Origin: Eledone cirrhosa
Taxonomy: Eukaryota
Length of the DNA: 64,000 nucleotides
Assembly (NCBI GenBank): GCA_964016885.1
Contig: OZ024761.1
Location: 13,702,001-13,766,000, forward strand
Direction: 5' to 3'
Part shown: piece by piece, positions 1 through 15,334 of the stretch
Numbering within the stretch: position 1 is the stretch's first letter
Layout of the letters: the number at the start of each line of letters is the position of its first letter
Made by a program: the position numbers and the translations under genes
Notes under the pieces: model-generated
Told to the model about the DNA's origin: nothing
Seen by the model: only the letters and a program-made list of their open reading frames with translations
The model's database searches: none

Positions 1-455
1 TATCCTCTGGGTTTTTTTACCCATGTAGGTGGGGAAGAAGGTGTAGTGTGTGGACCGAATTGGCGACACAGAGTATTTTTTTGCCGCCAATTCGTCTTTC
101 ATCAATATGGATAAACTCCCATAGAGTTTATCCTTTTGTATGAAAGTGATGTCTCTCATCGCGTCTTTCAAGACTAACTGAATTTCCGCTTGAGATGGTT
201 GCGCTGGTTTCTTTGTTTTATTTAAAATTGTTCGGAATACGACAGTTCGTAATTCCGTCTGTCTTTTTAGCTCCGGAGGTGAATGTATAGAAAACGAACC
301 GTTTTCGCCAAAAGACACATATTTCTTGGCTTTTTCCAGCATTTCTTTTGCTTTTGAAATATCTTCCAGCACATAAGCGACTGATAATTTAGCCGTTTGT
401 GCAAAAGATATTTTGTTTTCGTTTTGGATATTAGTATTGTTTTGTTTCTCGTCGT
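1..455 (-). mobile_element. Uninterrupted ~150-codon reading frame running off the left edge; probable ORF1 (gag-like) of a Tx1/L1-type non-LTR retrotransposon
   Basis: Hand translation without stops: DEKQNNTNIQNENKISFAQTAKLSVAYVLED...ELRTVVFRTIL...YTFFPTYMGKKTQRI; starts abruptly at the tetranucleotide tract; not GIT-like; missed by the ORF track because it has no stop in the window. Confidence 0.5.
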
Positions 456-1020
456 AGGTAGGTAGGTAGGCAGACAGACAGGCAGATAGATAGGTAGGTA
501 GGCAGACAGACAGACAGATAGATAGGTAGGTAGGTAGGTAGGCAGACAGACAGACAGATAGATAGGTAGGTAGGTAGGTAGGCAGACAGACAGACAGATA
601 GATAGGTAGGTAGGCAGACAGACAGATAGATAGATAGGTAGGCAGACAGACAGATAGATAGATAGGTAGGCAGACAGACAGACAGATAGATAGGTAGGTA
701 GGTAGGCAGACAGACAGATAGATAGATAGGTAGGCAGACAGACAGACAGACAGACAGAGAGATAGGTAGGCAGACAGACAGACAGACAGATAGATAGATA
801 GGTAGGCAGACAGACAGACAGACAGATAGATAGGTAGGCAGACAGGCAGGCAGACAGACAGATAGATAGGTAGGCAGACAGACAGACAGACAGATAGATA
901 GGTAGGCAGACAGACAGGCAGACAGACAGATAGGTAGGCAGACAGACAGACAGACAGACAGATAGATAGGTAGGCAGACAGACAGACAGACAGACAGACA
1001 GATGAGCATACAGATAGATA
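456..1020. repeat. Compound tetranucleotide microsatellite (AGGT/AGAC/AGAT/AGGC)n
   Basis: Directly visible. Confidence 0.97.
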
Positions 1021-1475
1021 TTAGGAAATATTATATCAATAGCAGATAAAAAGCAATAATATATTATCCTGAATGGTTCTGACCTTCGCTTCTGTTATGA
1101 CTCAATAACTAACCCCAGATTAGATTGTTTAAATATAATCGAAAAGTGAGTGTTTTACTATATATTGTTTTTTTTCTGGCAATATTAGAACATCATGACT
1201 CTCCCCAAATATAAAAATATAATCACTTATGCCCTTCCACCACCACCACTACCACCACCACACCTCCCTGCTCCTGCCACTACCCCCACCACTCTCCAAG
1301 AATGACCACCACACCCCCTCCCTGCTCAGTTCTGTTTGTTTTCTCTGCTGTCTGTGTTTGGTCTGTAATGATTGGTAAATTCTAGCATTCGATTGATTTT
1401 TCTGATAGTTTAACCCCAGGACCTAATGATCTAGACCACATTTCTAGCCACATGCAATGCTTTATACACACACAC

Positions 1476-1520
<45 letters not shown>

Positions 1521-1540
1521 AATACAGTTGTATATATATA

Positions 1541-1730
1541 GTAGTGAAAGAGTGAAGAATAACATGGTTGGCTGTACAAAAAGGGTTTTATTTACAGTAT
1601 TTAAGGTCGAGTGACGCAACTTCAAGTGATTAGCAGCCTTTAGACTCACCTGATCAATGAAACAATTGTTAATACTGTAAATAAAACCCTTTTGTACAGC
1701 CGACCATGTTATTCTTCACTCTTTCACTAT
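1541..1730. repeat. Inverted repeat (~62-bp arms) beside (TA)n with hammerhead 3' half
   Basis: tagtgaaagagtgaagaataacatgg...tttacagtatt vs aatactgtaaa...ccatgttattcttcactctttcacta; GAAACAATTGTT immediately precedes the right arm. Confidence 0.85.
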
Positions 1731-1900
1731 TATTACTCCAAGAACAACCTACATGAGAATTCTCGTAAACTCACTACCTAACTAAGGAAAGCTCTTGTTG
1801 AGTCAAACAACGCCGTACATTAAAACTATCCATAGTACAGAGTACTCACAACCTTTAACTGGATTACCTAAAATGATAACTTGTTATCCCATATATATAT

Positions 1901-2240
1901 CATCATCATCATCATCATTTTACATCCGCTTTTCCCTGCTTGCAAAGGTGGGACGGGAACTGATTCTGGCTTGATTTCTACAGCTGGATGCCCTTCCTAA
2001 CACCAACCTCATTTACAGTGAGGGCTGGGTGCTTTTTTGCTGTGGCACCTACACGACCACTTTACAGTGGAATGATAGGGACCCCAGTCCCTATCATCTC
2101 ATTTCTACAGCTGAGTAAACTGGAGCAATGTGAAATAAAGTGTCTTGCTCAAGGAAACAACACATCACCCGGTCTGAGAATTGAACTCACAACCTTTCGA
2201 TTGCAAGGCCAATGCTCTAACCACTAAGCCTTGTGCCTCC
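1901..2240 (-). mobile_element. tRNA-derived SINE family A with (ATG)n tail
   Basis: Reverse strand begins GGAGGCACAAGGCTTAGTGGTTAGAGC (A box)...GAGTTCAATTC (B box), ends in (ATG)n; ~11 near-identical copies in window. Confidence 0.9.
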
Positions 2241-2248
2241 ATTTATCC

Positions 2249-2351
<103 letters not shown>

Positions 2352-2489
2352 AGGACAAAAGGTTAAAGATCCCATAACTCCTTGTGGAGTCATAGAGGCA
2401 CCATCATAGGGTGTGTCTAGGGCACTTTTAAACCTGGTGGAGCCCAACTCTCTCCAGGTCTGAACACAGTCGATTCTTTCTATGGAGGA

Positions 2490-2640
2490 AAGAATCAACC
2501 CCAGTACTGGACTGGTACTTTTGATCGACCTCGAAAGGATGAAAGGCAAAGTTGACCCCGGTGGGATTTGAACTCAGAGTGCACAATGGGGTGGGACGAA
2601 TACCATAAAGCATTCTATCTGTCTTAACGGCTCTGCCAAT
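2490..2640 (-). mobile_element. SINE family B fragment
   Basis: ggatgaaaggcaaagttgacc...gggatttgaactcag core shared with other family B copies. Confidence 0.75.
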
Positions 2641-2830
2641 TTATATATATATGTATATATATACACACACACACACACACATACATATACATAAACACAC
2701 ATACATAATCATCATCACCGTTTTACGTCCATTTTTCCATGCTTACATGGGTCAGATGGGTAGTCCGCGGTGAGAGGCAAGTCTGGCCAGTGTTGGCCAT
2801 CCTATACCTTGCTCTAACGGGACTGTCAGA

Positions 2831-3340
2831 ATGATTTCTTTATTAACCACAAGGGTTGACACAAAGTATAACATTAAGGACAACACAGAACAATACAGGA
2901 CAGTACAGGACAATACAAATGGGCATTACTGCGTGTAAAAAAACAAAAACAGAGTGTGACAAAAGGAAACAATGAAAAATTCCCAATAGGGGGGGAGACC
3001 TCCGAGGGTTGCTCGTGGAGAAAGCCCACAAAAAAGCCACGGTTACCCTGACCGCTAGGGCAAATGCCCTCTTCCAGTTTTCCTCCTACAATGCTACAGG
3101 CACACGCTCAGAGTAGATCCAATCACACGGGCCCATCTTACCTCTCTTATCCACCTTTCAACAAACTGGCTGGAAGGCAGCACTTCCCTCTCCACCCTGA
3201 TTTTCCTCTTCAGATAAAACCTGAAAAAGTTAATGAGGGTGTCACCGAAGAGGAAAGTACCCGTCTTCAACCCTTTCAGACGTGTCCACCATACAATCTC
3301 TTTTACCATGGCCACCAGGCAGATAAAAACTGCCTACCCT
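2831..3340 (-). mobile_element. 3' end of a Tx1/L1-like LINE (ORF2 C-terminus + 3' UTR)
   Basis: ORF 3094-3315 AMVKEIVWWTRLKG...FFRFYLKRKIRVEREVL...FVERW resembles Tx1-clade ORF2 C-termini; followed by UTR ending in AATAAA near 2840. Confidence 0.6.
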
Positions 3341-4186
3341 TCTCGGCTAAAGAATGCCGCCATTATGAGGATATATATATCCAAAACGTTAAGACCCTCT
3401 TCCTGTTATTTCAAGCGTTAAACTAATATATCCCTTCCATATACTGTACCGACTATGTTGTTATTTCTGTTTACCTTTTACATATATTGTATGTGATTCA
3501 TGAATTACTGGTGGTACTCAATACACAGGCAGTGTGTATATAATAAGAAAAACAAAGGGGTTGTACATTGAATCATATAAAAAATGGATAGAAACATTTT
3601 TATAGCCGCGCCTCGAGTTTTAGACTTTATGCAAACAAGGGAGAGCACCCTGACAACACCGTTTCTGGTTCTTTAGCCTTTAGGGGGCTGAACATTTTTT
3701 TATGAATCATTTCCCTTGACACTGTATTATGGGGGGGGTTACTCTATCGGTGACTTATGTCACCAACAGTGCCAAGAGGATTAACCATCTTCAGAGGGGC
3801 TAAATCTGCTTGGATGCTAGGATGAAAATAATCTGAAAGCTTATGGAGTATATATATGTAGAGGGAGAGAGAGTGAAGGAGGGGGTAGGGGAGGGGGAAT
3901 AGGGGGAGGGATTGGGTGAAGGGAATAGGGTAAGAGGGGGTAGGGGGTGAGGGGGGGATAGGGTGTGTGAGAGGGGGATAAGGGGAGAGAGAGAGGTGGG
4001 CAGGTTTAGAGAGGCTGTGTAAGATACCGCATCAGCACATAGCATCAATGTAGAATGTAATGCACCCCGACTACAGTGCAGAGGTTTATGCTATGACTGA
4101 TTGAAGGGTATATGATGTAAGCATACACACACACACACACATATATATATACACACACACACGCATATATTTATATATATATATAT

Positions 4187-4220
<34 letters not shown>

Positions 4221-4234
4221 TTATACACACACAC

Positions 4235-4279
<45 letters not shown>

Positions 4280-4374
4280 CATATATATGTGCGTGTGTTT
4301 ATATATATCATCATCATCGTTTAACGTCCATCTTCCACGCTAGTATATATGTATGTATATATATATATACATAT

Positions 4375-4421
<47 letters not shown>

Positions 4422-4685
4422 TATACATATCAATGTATGGGGAAAGAGGGAGTAAAAAAAGAGATAGGTAGGGTGATTGAGTGAAGGAAAGACAGAGGGA
4501 AAGAGAGATAGATAGGGAGATTGAGTGAAGGAAGGGGAGAGGGGAAAGAGAGGGGGTAAGGAAAAGAGAGAGTGAAAGAGAGGAGGTTATGGGAGAGAAA
4601 TAAATGAAGAGGTAGCAATGATTGTTGAGTCAGAAAAACCAAGAAATATTTAATTGATTAGTCAAGTAGAAATACATATCATTTA

Positions 4686-7600
4686 CACCAACACCATCTC
4701 TCTCACACATACACCATCTCTCTCTCTCACACATACACCATCTCTCTCACACACACATACACCATCTCTCTCTCACACATACACCATCTCTCTCACACAC
4801 ACATACACCATCTCTCTCTCACACATACACCATCTCTCTCTCTCTCACACACACCATCTCTCTCACACACACATACACCATCTCTCTCTCACACATACAT
4901 CATCTCTCTCTCTCACATACACCATCTCTCTCACACACATACACCATCTCTCTCTCTCACACATACACCATCTCTCTCACACACACATACACCATCTCTC
5001 TCTCACACATACACCATCTCTCTCACACACACATACACCATCTCTCTCTCACACATACACCATCTCTCTCTCACACATACACCATCTCTCTCACACACAC
5101 ATACACCATCTCTCTCTCACACATACACCATCTCTCTCACACATACACCATCTCTCTCACACACACATACACCATATCTCTCTCACACATACACCATCTC
5201 TCTCTCTCACATACACCATCTCTTTCACACACACATACACCATCTCTCTCTCTCACACATACACCATCTCTCTCACACACATACACCATCTCTCTCTCTC
5301 TCACATACACCACCTCTTTCACACATACACCATCTCTCTCTCACACATACACCATCTCTCTCACACATACACCATCTCTCTCACACATACACCATCTCTC
5401 TCTCTCACACATACACCATCTCTCTCACACACATACACCATCTCTCTCTCACACATACACCATCTCTCTCACACACACATACACCATCTCTCTCTCACAC
5501 ACATAAACCATCTCTCTCTCTCACACATACACCATCTCTCTCTCACATATACACTATCTCTCTCACACACATACACCATCTCTCTCACACACACATACAC
5601 CATCTCTCTCACACACACATACACCATCTCTCTCTCACACACATACACCATCTCTCTCTCACACACACATACACCATCTCTCTCACACACACATATACCA
5701 TCTCTCTCACACACACATACATCACCTCTCTCACACACATACACCATCTCTCTCACACACATACACCATCTCTCTCTCACACACATATACCATCTCTCTC
5801 TCACACACACATACACCATCTCTCTCACACACACATATACCATCTCTCTCACACACACATATACCATCTCTCTCACAGACACATACACCATCTCTCTCAC
5901 ACACATACACCATCTCTCTCTCACACATACATCATCTCTCTCTCTCACACATACACCATCTCTCTCTCACATATACACTATCTCTCTCACACACATACAC
6001 CATCTCTCTCACACACACATACACCATCTCTCTCACACACACATACACCATCTCTCTCTCACACACATACACCATCTCTCTCTCACACACGAATACACCA
6101 TCTCTCTCACACACACATATACCATCTCTCTCACACACACATACATCATCTCTCTCTCACACACATACACCATCTCTCTCACACACATACACCATCTCTC
6201 TCTCACACACATATACCATCTCTCTCTCACACACACATACACCATCTCTCTCACACACACATATACCATCTCTCTCACAGACACATACACCATCTCTCTC
6301 ACACACATACACCATCTCTCTCTCACACATACATCATCTCTCTCTCACACACATACACCATCTCTCTCACACACATACACCATCTCTCTCTCACACATAC
6401 ACCATCTCTCTCTCACACATACACCATCTCTCTCACACACACATACACCATCTCTCTCACACGCATACACCATCTCTCTCACACACATACACCATCTCTC
6501 TCTCTCACACATACACCATCTCTCTCACACACACATACACCATCTCTCTCTCTCTCACACATAAACCATCTCTCTCTCACACATACACCATCTCTCTCAC
6601 ACACATACACCATCTCTCTCACACACACATACACCATCTCTCTCACACACACATAGACCATCTCTCTCTCTCACACACACCATCTCTCTTTCTCACACAT
6701 ACACCATCTCTCTCACACACATACACCATCTCTCTCTCACACACATACATCATCTCTCTCACACACATACACCATCTCTCTCTCACACATATACCATCTC
6801 TCTCTCTCACACACACCATCTCTCTCTCACACACATACATCATCTCTCTCACACATATACACCATCTCTCTCTCACACATACACCATCTCTCTCACACAC
6901 ATACACCATCTCTCTCTCACTAACATACATCATCTCTCTCACACACATAGACCATCTCTCTCTCACACATACACCATCTCTCTCACACACACATACACCA
7001 TCTCTCTCACACACATACACCATCTCTCTCTCACACATACACCATCTCTCTCTCACACATACACCATCTCTCTCACACACACATACGCCATCTCTCTCAC
7101 ACACATACACCATCTCTCTCACACACATACACCATCTCTCTCTCTCACACATACACCATCTCTCTCACACACATAAACCATCTCTCTCTCACACACATAC
7201 ATCATCTCTCTCTCACACACATACACCATCTCTCTCTCTCACACACACATACACCATATCTCTTACACACACATACACCATCTCTCTCTAACACACATAC
7301 ATCATCTCTCTCTCACACACATACACCATCTCTCTCTCTCACACACACATACACCATATCTCTTACACACACATACACCATCTCTCTCTAACACACATAC
7401 ATCATCTCTCTCTCACACACATACACCATCTCTCTCTCTCACACACACATACACCATATCTCTTACACACATACACCATCTCTCTCTCTCACACATACAC
7501 CATCTCTCTCTCTCACACATACACCATCTCTCTGACACACATACACCATCTCTCTCTCTCACACCATCTCTCTCTAACACACACATACACCATCTCTCTC

Positions 7601-10600
7601 TCTCTCACATACACCATCTCTCTCTCTCACACATACACCATCTCTCTCTCTCACACATACACCATCTCTCTCACACACATACACCATCTCTCTCTCTCAC
7701 ACATACACCATCTCTCTCTCACACATACACCATCTCAGTCACACACACATACACCATCTCTCTCTCTCACACACACATACACCATCTCTCTCACACACAC
7801 ATACACCATCTCTCTCACACACATACACCATCTCTCTCTCTCTCACATATACCATCTCTCTCTCTCACACATACACCATCTCTCTCTCACACACATACAC
7901 CATCTCTCTCTCTCACACATACACCATCTCTCTCTCTCACACACACATACACCATATCTCTTACACACACATACACCATCTCTCTCTAACACACATACAT
8001 CATCTCTCTCTCACACACATACACCATCTCTCTCTCTCACACACACATACACCATATCTCTTACACACATACACCATCTCTCTCTCTCACACATACACCA
8101 TCTCTCTCTCTCACACATACACCATCTCTCTGAAACACATACACCATCTCTCTCTCTCACACCATCTCTCTCTAACACACACATACACCATCTCTCTCAC
8201 TCTCACATACACCATCTCTCTCTCTCACACATACACCATCTCTCTCTCTCACACATACACCATCTCTCTCACACACATACACCATCTCTCTCTCTCACAC
8301 ATACACCATCTCTCTCTCACACATACACCATCTCAGTCACACACACATACACCATCTCTCTCTCACACACACACATACACCATCTCTCTCACACACACAT
8401 ACACCATCTCTCTCACACACATACACCATCTCTCTCTCTCTCACATACACCACCTCTCTCTCTCACACATACACCATCTCTCTCTCACACACATACACCA
8501 TCTCTCTCTCACACACATACACCATCTCTCTCTCACACACATACATCATCTCTCTCACACACACATACACCATCTCTCTCTCTCACACACACCATCTCTC
8601 TCTCTCACACATACACCATCTCTCTCTCACACATACACCATCTCTCTCTCACACACATACACCATCTCTCTCACACACATACACCATCTCTCTCTCACAC
8701 ATACACCATCTCTCTCTCACACATACACCATCTCTCTCACACACACATACACCATCTCTCTCACACACATACACCATCTCTCTCTCACACACATACACCA
8801 TCTCTCTCTCACACACATACATCATCTCTCTCTCACACACATACATCATCTCTCTCACACACACATACACCATCTCTCTCTCTCACACACACCATCTCTC
8901 TCTCTCTCACACATACACCATCTCTCTCTCACACATACACCATCTCTCTCTCACACACATACATCATCTCTCTCACACACATACACCATCTCTCTCTCAC
9001 ACATACACCATCTCTCTCACACACACATACACCATCTCACTCACACACATACACCATCTCTCTCACACACATACACCATCTCTCTCTCACATATACACCA
9101 TCTCTCTCTCACACATACACCATCTCTCTCTCACACACACATCATCTCTCTCTCACACATACACCATCTCTCTCACACACACATACACCATCTCTCTCTC
9201 ACACACGAATACACCATCTCTCTCACACACACACACCATCTCTCTCTCACACACATACACCATCTCTCTCACACACATATACCATCTCTCTCACACATAC
9301 ACCATCTCTCTCACACACACACACCATCTCTCTCTCACACACATACATCATCTCTCTCACACACACATATACCATCTCTCTCTCACACACACATACATCA
9401 TCTCTCTCACACACACATACATCGTCTCTCTCACACACATACACCATCTCTCTCTCACATACACCATCTCTCTCACACACATACACCATCTCTCTCTCAC
9501 ACATACACCATCTCTCTCTCACACATACACCATCTCTCTCTCACACACACATCATCTCTCTCTCACACATACACCATCTCTCTCACACACACATACACCA
9601 TCTCTCTCTCTCTCACACATAAACCATCTCTCTCTCACACATACACCATCTCTCTCACACACATACACCATCTCTCTCACACACACATACACCATCTCTC
9701 TCACACACACATAGACCATCTCTCTCTCTCACACACACCATCTCTCTCTCTCACACATACACCATCTCTCTCACACACATACACCATCTCTCTCTCACAC
9801 ACATACATCATCTCTCTCTCACACATATACCATCTCTCTCTCTCACACACACCATCTCTCTCTCACACACATACATCATCTCTCTCACACATATACACCA
9901 TCTCTCTCTCACACATACACCATCTCTCTCACACACATACACCATCTCTCTCTCACTAACATACATCATCTCTCTCACACACATAGACCATCTCTCTCTC
10001 ACACATACACCATCTCTCTCACACACACATACACCATCTCTCTCACACACATACACCATCTCTCTCTCACACATACACCATCTCTCTCTCACACATACAC
10101 CATCTCTCTCACACACACATACACCATCTCTCTCACACACATACACCATCTCTCTCACACACATACACCATCTCTCTCTCTCACACATACACCATCTCTC
10201 TCACACACATAAACCATCTCTCTCACACACACATACACCATCTCTCTCACACACATACGCCATCTCTCTCTCTCACACACATACATCATCTCTCTCTCAC
10301 ACACATACACCATCTCTCTCTCTCACACACACATACACCATATCTCTTACACACACATACACCATCTCTCTCTAACACACATACATCATCTCTCTCTCAC
10401 ACACATACACCATCTCTCTCTCTCACACACACATACACCATATCTCTTACACACACATACACCATCTCTCTCTAACACACATACATCATCTCTCTCTCAC
10501 ACACATACACCATCTCTCTCTCTCACACACACATACACCATATCTCTTACACACATACACCATCTCTCTCTCTCACACATACACCATCTCTCTCTCTCAC

Positions 10601-13600
10601 ACATACACCATCTCTCTGACACACATACACCATCTCTCTCTCTCACACCATCTCTCTCTAACACACACATACACCATCTCTCTCTCTCTCACATACACCA
10701 TCTCTCTCTCTCACACATACACCATCTCTCTCTCTCACACATACACCATCTCTCTCACACACATACACCATCTCTCTCTCTCACACATACACCATCTCTC
10801 TCTCACACATTCACCATCTCAGTCACACACGCATACACCATCTCTCTCTCTCACACACACATACACCATCGCTCTCACACACACATACACCATCTCTCTC
10901 ACACACATACACCATCTCTCTCTCTCTCACATACACCATCTCTCTCTCTCACACATACACCATCTCTCTCTCACACACATACACCATCTCTCTCTCACAC
11001 ACATACACCATCTCTCTCTCTCACACACACATACACCATATCTCTTACACACACATACACCATCTCTCTCTAACACACATACATCATCTCTCTCTCACAC
11101 ACATACACCATCTCTCTCTCTCACACACACATACACCATATCTCTTACACACATACACCATCTCTCTCTCTCACACATACGCCATCTCTCTCTCTCACAC
11201 ATACACCATCTCTCTGACACACATACACCATCTCTCTCTCTCACACCATCTCTCTCTAACACACACATACACCATCTCTCTCACTCTCACATACACCATC
11301 TCTCTCTCTCACACATACACCATCTCTCTCTCTCACACATACACCATCTCTCTCACACACATACACCATCTCTCTCTCTCACACATACACCATCTCAGTC
11401 ACACACACATACACCATCTCTCTCTCTCACACACACATACACCATCTCTCTCACACACACATACACCTTCTCTCTCACACACATACACCATCTCTCTCTC
11501 TCTCACATACACCATCTCTCTCTCTCACACATACACCATCTCTCTCTCACACACATACACCATCTCTCTCTCACACACATACACCATCTCTCTCTCACAC
11601 ACATACATCATCTCTCTCACACACACATACACCATCTCTCTCTCTCACACACACCATCTCTCTCTCTCACACATACACCATCTCTCTCTCACACATACAC
11701 CATCTCTCTCTCACACACATACACCATCTCTCTCACACACATACACCATCTCTCTCTCACACATACACCATCTCTCTCTCACACATACACCATCTCTCTC
11801 ACACACACATACACCATCTCTCTCACACACATACACCATCTCTCTCTCACACACATACACCATCTCTCTCTCACACACATACATCATCTCTCTCACACAC
11901 ACATACACCATCTCTCTCTCTCACACACACCATCTCTCTCTCTCTCTCACATACACCATCTCTCTCTCTCACACATACACCATCTCTCTCTCACACACAT
12001 ACACCATCTCTCTCTCACACATACACCATCTCTCTCTCACACACATACACCATCTCTCTCACACACATACACCATCTCTCTCTCACACATACACCATCTC
12101 TCTCTCACACATACACCATCTCTCTCACACACACATACACCATCTCTCTCACACACATACACCATCTCTCTCTCACACACATACACCATCTCTCTCTCAC
12201 ACACATACATCATCTCTCTCACACACACATACACCATCTCTCTCTCTCACACACACCATCTCTCTCTCTCTCACACATACACCATCTCTCTCACACACAT
12301 ACACCATCTCTCTCTCACACACATACATCATCTCTCTCACACACATACACCATCTCTCTCTCACACATACACCATCTCTCTCACACACACATACACCATC
12401 TCACTCACACACATACACCATCTCTCTCACACACATACACCATCTCTCTCTCACACATACACCATCTCTCTCTCACACATACACCATCTCTCTCTCACAC
12501 ACACATCATCTCTCTCTCACACATACACCATCTCTCTCACACACACATACACCATCTCTCTCTCACATACACCATCTCTCTCACACACACACACCATCTC
12601 TCTCACACACATATACCATCTCTCTCACACATACACCATCTCTCTCACACACACACACCATCTCTCTCTCACACACATACATCATCTCTCTCACACACAC
12701 ATATACCATCTCTCTCTCACACACACATACATCATCTCTCTCACACACATACATCGTCTCTCTCACACACATACACCATCTCTCTCTCACATACACCATC
12801 TCTCTCACACACATACACCATCTCTCTCTCACATACACCATCTCTCTCTCACACATACTCCATCTCTTTCTCACACACATACATCATCTCTCTCTCACAC
12901 TTACACCATCTCTCTCTCACACATACACCATCTCTCTCACACACATATACCATCTCTCTCTCTCACACATACACCATCTCTCTCTCACATACACCATCCC
13001 TCTCTCTCACATACACCATCTCTCTCTCACACATACTCCATCTCTTTCTCACACACATACATCATCTCTCTCTCACACATACACCATCTCTCTCTCACAC
13101 ATACACCATCTCTTTCTCACACACATACATCATCTCTCTCTCACATATACACCATCTCTCTCTCTCACACACATACACCATCTCTCTCTCTCACACATAC
13201 ACCATCTCTCTCTCACACATACACCATCTCTCTCTCACACACATACACCATCTCTCTCTCACACACATACACCATCTCTCTCACACACATATACCATCTC
13301 TCTCACACACATATACCATCTCTCTCACACACATACACCATCTCTCTCTCACACATACACCATCTCTCTCTCACATACACCATCTCTCTCTCACATACAC
13401 CATCTCTCTCTCTCACACACATACACCATCTCTCTCACACACACATACACCATCTCTCTCACACACACATACACCATCTCTCTCACACACATATACCATC
13501 TCTCTCACACACATACACCATCTCTCTCTCACACATACACCATCTCTCTCTCACACACATACACCATCTCTCTCTCACACATACACCATCTCTCTCTCAC

Positions 13601-13860
13601 ACATACACCATCTCTCTCTCACATACACCATCTCTCTCTCTCTCACACACATACACCATCTCTCTCTCACACACATACACCATCTCTCTCTCACACACAT
13701 ACACCATCTCTCTCTCACACACATATACCACCATCTCTCTCACACATACACCATCTCTCTCTCACACATACACCATCTCTCTCTCACACATACACCATCT
13801 CTCTCTCACACATACACCATCTCTCTCTCACATATACACCATCTCTCTCTCACACACACA
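4686..13860. repeat. 9.2-kb minisatellite, unit ACACCAT(CT)n(CA)nT of ~20-26 bp, with higher-order repeats
   Basis: Directly visible; rare variants recur at ~600 bp and ~3.05 kb offsets. Confidence 0.97.
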
Positions 13861-14275
13861 CAAACATCTATCTACACTACCACACTGTAATATTGTTATA
13901 CTTGTAGACACAACAAAAAGCACCCAGCCCACACAGTAAAGTGGTCGTGTAGGTGACACAACAAAAGGCACCCAGTCAACATTGTAAATGTGGTTGACAC
14001 TAGAAAAGGCATTCCACTGTAGAAATCTATCCAGAAACAGTTCTGTATGAGCAAGACACGGTCACCTGACACAACTTGTCTCAAATGGGACAACCCGTCT
14101 AACCTATGCTAACATGAAAGATAAACATTAAACAATAATGATGATGATGAAAATCAGTGCTGCAAAGACTGAGACACTTGACCTCTCATGAAAGCCTGCA
14201 TGTGAGTGAAGCATGTGGAGAAGTTCAAGTATCTCGGGGGTCATTTTCACGAGTGATGGAGGGCAGGAGGCTGAA

Positions 14276-14709
14276 TTAATCCTTTAGCAATTTACATTAC
14301 TCTATATGTACTATTATTTTTACTATTATATTTTCATGGTAAAGGCTTTACCTCACACAATATCGAATCTATGAGATTTTGATATTATTTATTTTGAGAA
14401 CAATACCCTAACATCAGTATGAGTGGCCAGTTATAGCCGGTTTGCACAGAAAGAGGTGAGAGAATTCAGGCCAGATGTGGTCAGTTTAACCCTTTAGCAT
14501 TTAAACCAACCATAACCGGCCAGAATTCTCACTTCTTTCTGTTCAAACAGGCCATACTAACCACTCATACTTATGTTAAGGTATTGTTCTCAAAATATAT
14601 AACATCACAATCTCGTAGATTCGATATTATATGAGATAATTATGAGATAAAGTGTTTACCATGAAAATGAAATAGTAAATATAGAGTAATGTAAATGCTA
14701 AAGGGTTAA
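14276..14709. mobile_element. Two opposed copies of a TTAA-flanked (piggyBac-type) MITE
   Basis: Termini TTAACCCTTTAGCATTTA...TAAATGCTAAAGGGTTAA; second copy 14486-14709 complete. Confidence 0.8.
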
Positions 14710-15048
14710 AGTAAACTGTCATTGCTAGCTGAGGTAAAATAGCTCCCTGAACATTTCCCAATAATGTCCTTAGTTGGGTAACAATTAAACCCTTACATCC
14801 CCACCCACTCGCCTTCTGTGGCTTGTTATGTCTCTGAGGTAACAGAAGAGCTAATTGATAATTTAAAACTTCTACGGTGCCTTCTGGACATTTGAAAGAA
14901 TATATTTCACAGGTGTTCTCACGAAGCTACTCATGCGTACCTGTAAACTGAACACCTGTTCCATACAAAGTCTTTCTTCTCCATCAATGTCATTACATCC
15001 CATTGAGGTAACATCACACCTTGTACTGTCACTGAGCATTATTTCTCA

Positions 15049-15296
15049 TACCACCACCACCACTATCGTCACCATGCCACCATCACCACTGCCACCACCA
15101 CCACTATCGTCACCATGCCACCACCACCACCATCATTACTGCCATCACCACCACCACCACTACTGTTACCATCACACATCATCACTGCCACCACCACCAT
15201 CATTGCCATCACCACCATCACAATCACAACCTCTACCCCTATTTTCATGGCCACTATCACCACCTCCACCACCACCACCACCACTATCCTCATCCC
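15049..15296. repeat. (CAC/CAT)n trinucleotide tract
   Basis: Directly visible. Confidence 0.9.
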
Positions 15297-15334
15297 CAAC
15301 ATATTAATGCTATGCCCCTTTTATATTATTTCAG

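Noticed and set aside
1382-1460. RSLG-containing frame as candidate GIT exon 2
   Set aside because: Surrounding residues do not fit the ArfGAP zinc finger; no splice sites in phase
1988-2227. Recurrent 78-79 aa ORF MPFLTPTSFTV... (also 15926, 18996, 31018, 36851)
   Set aside because: Antisense translation of SINE family A, not a gene family
2160-2240. tRNA-like sequences at SINE heads
   Set aside because: A/B boxes present but no closed acceptor stem, and always attached to SINE bodies
4654-6564. 636-aa His/Thr/Ser/Leu-rich ORF and many reverse-strand REMVYVC ORFs
   Set aside because: Translation of the CT/CA minisatellite, which lacks stops by composition
14941-15040. Possible minus-strand exon ending CAG|gtacgc in GIT intron 1
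   Set aside because: Translation shows no similarity to the expected GIT exon 2 (PxWASxNRG...CDECCSVHRSLG) and no clear acceptor
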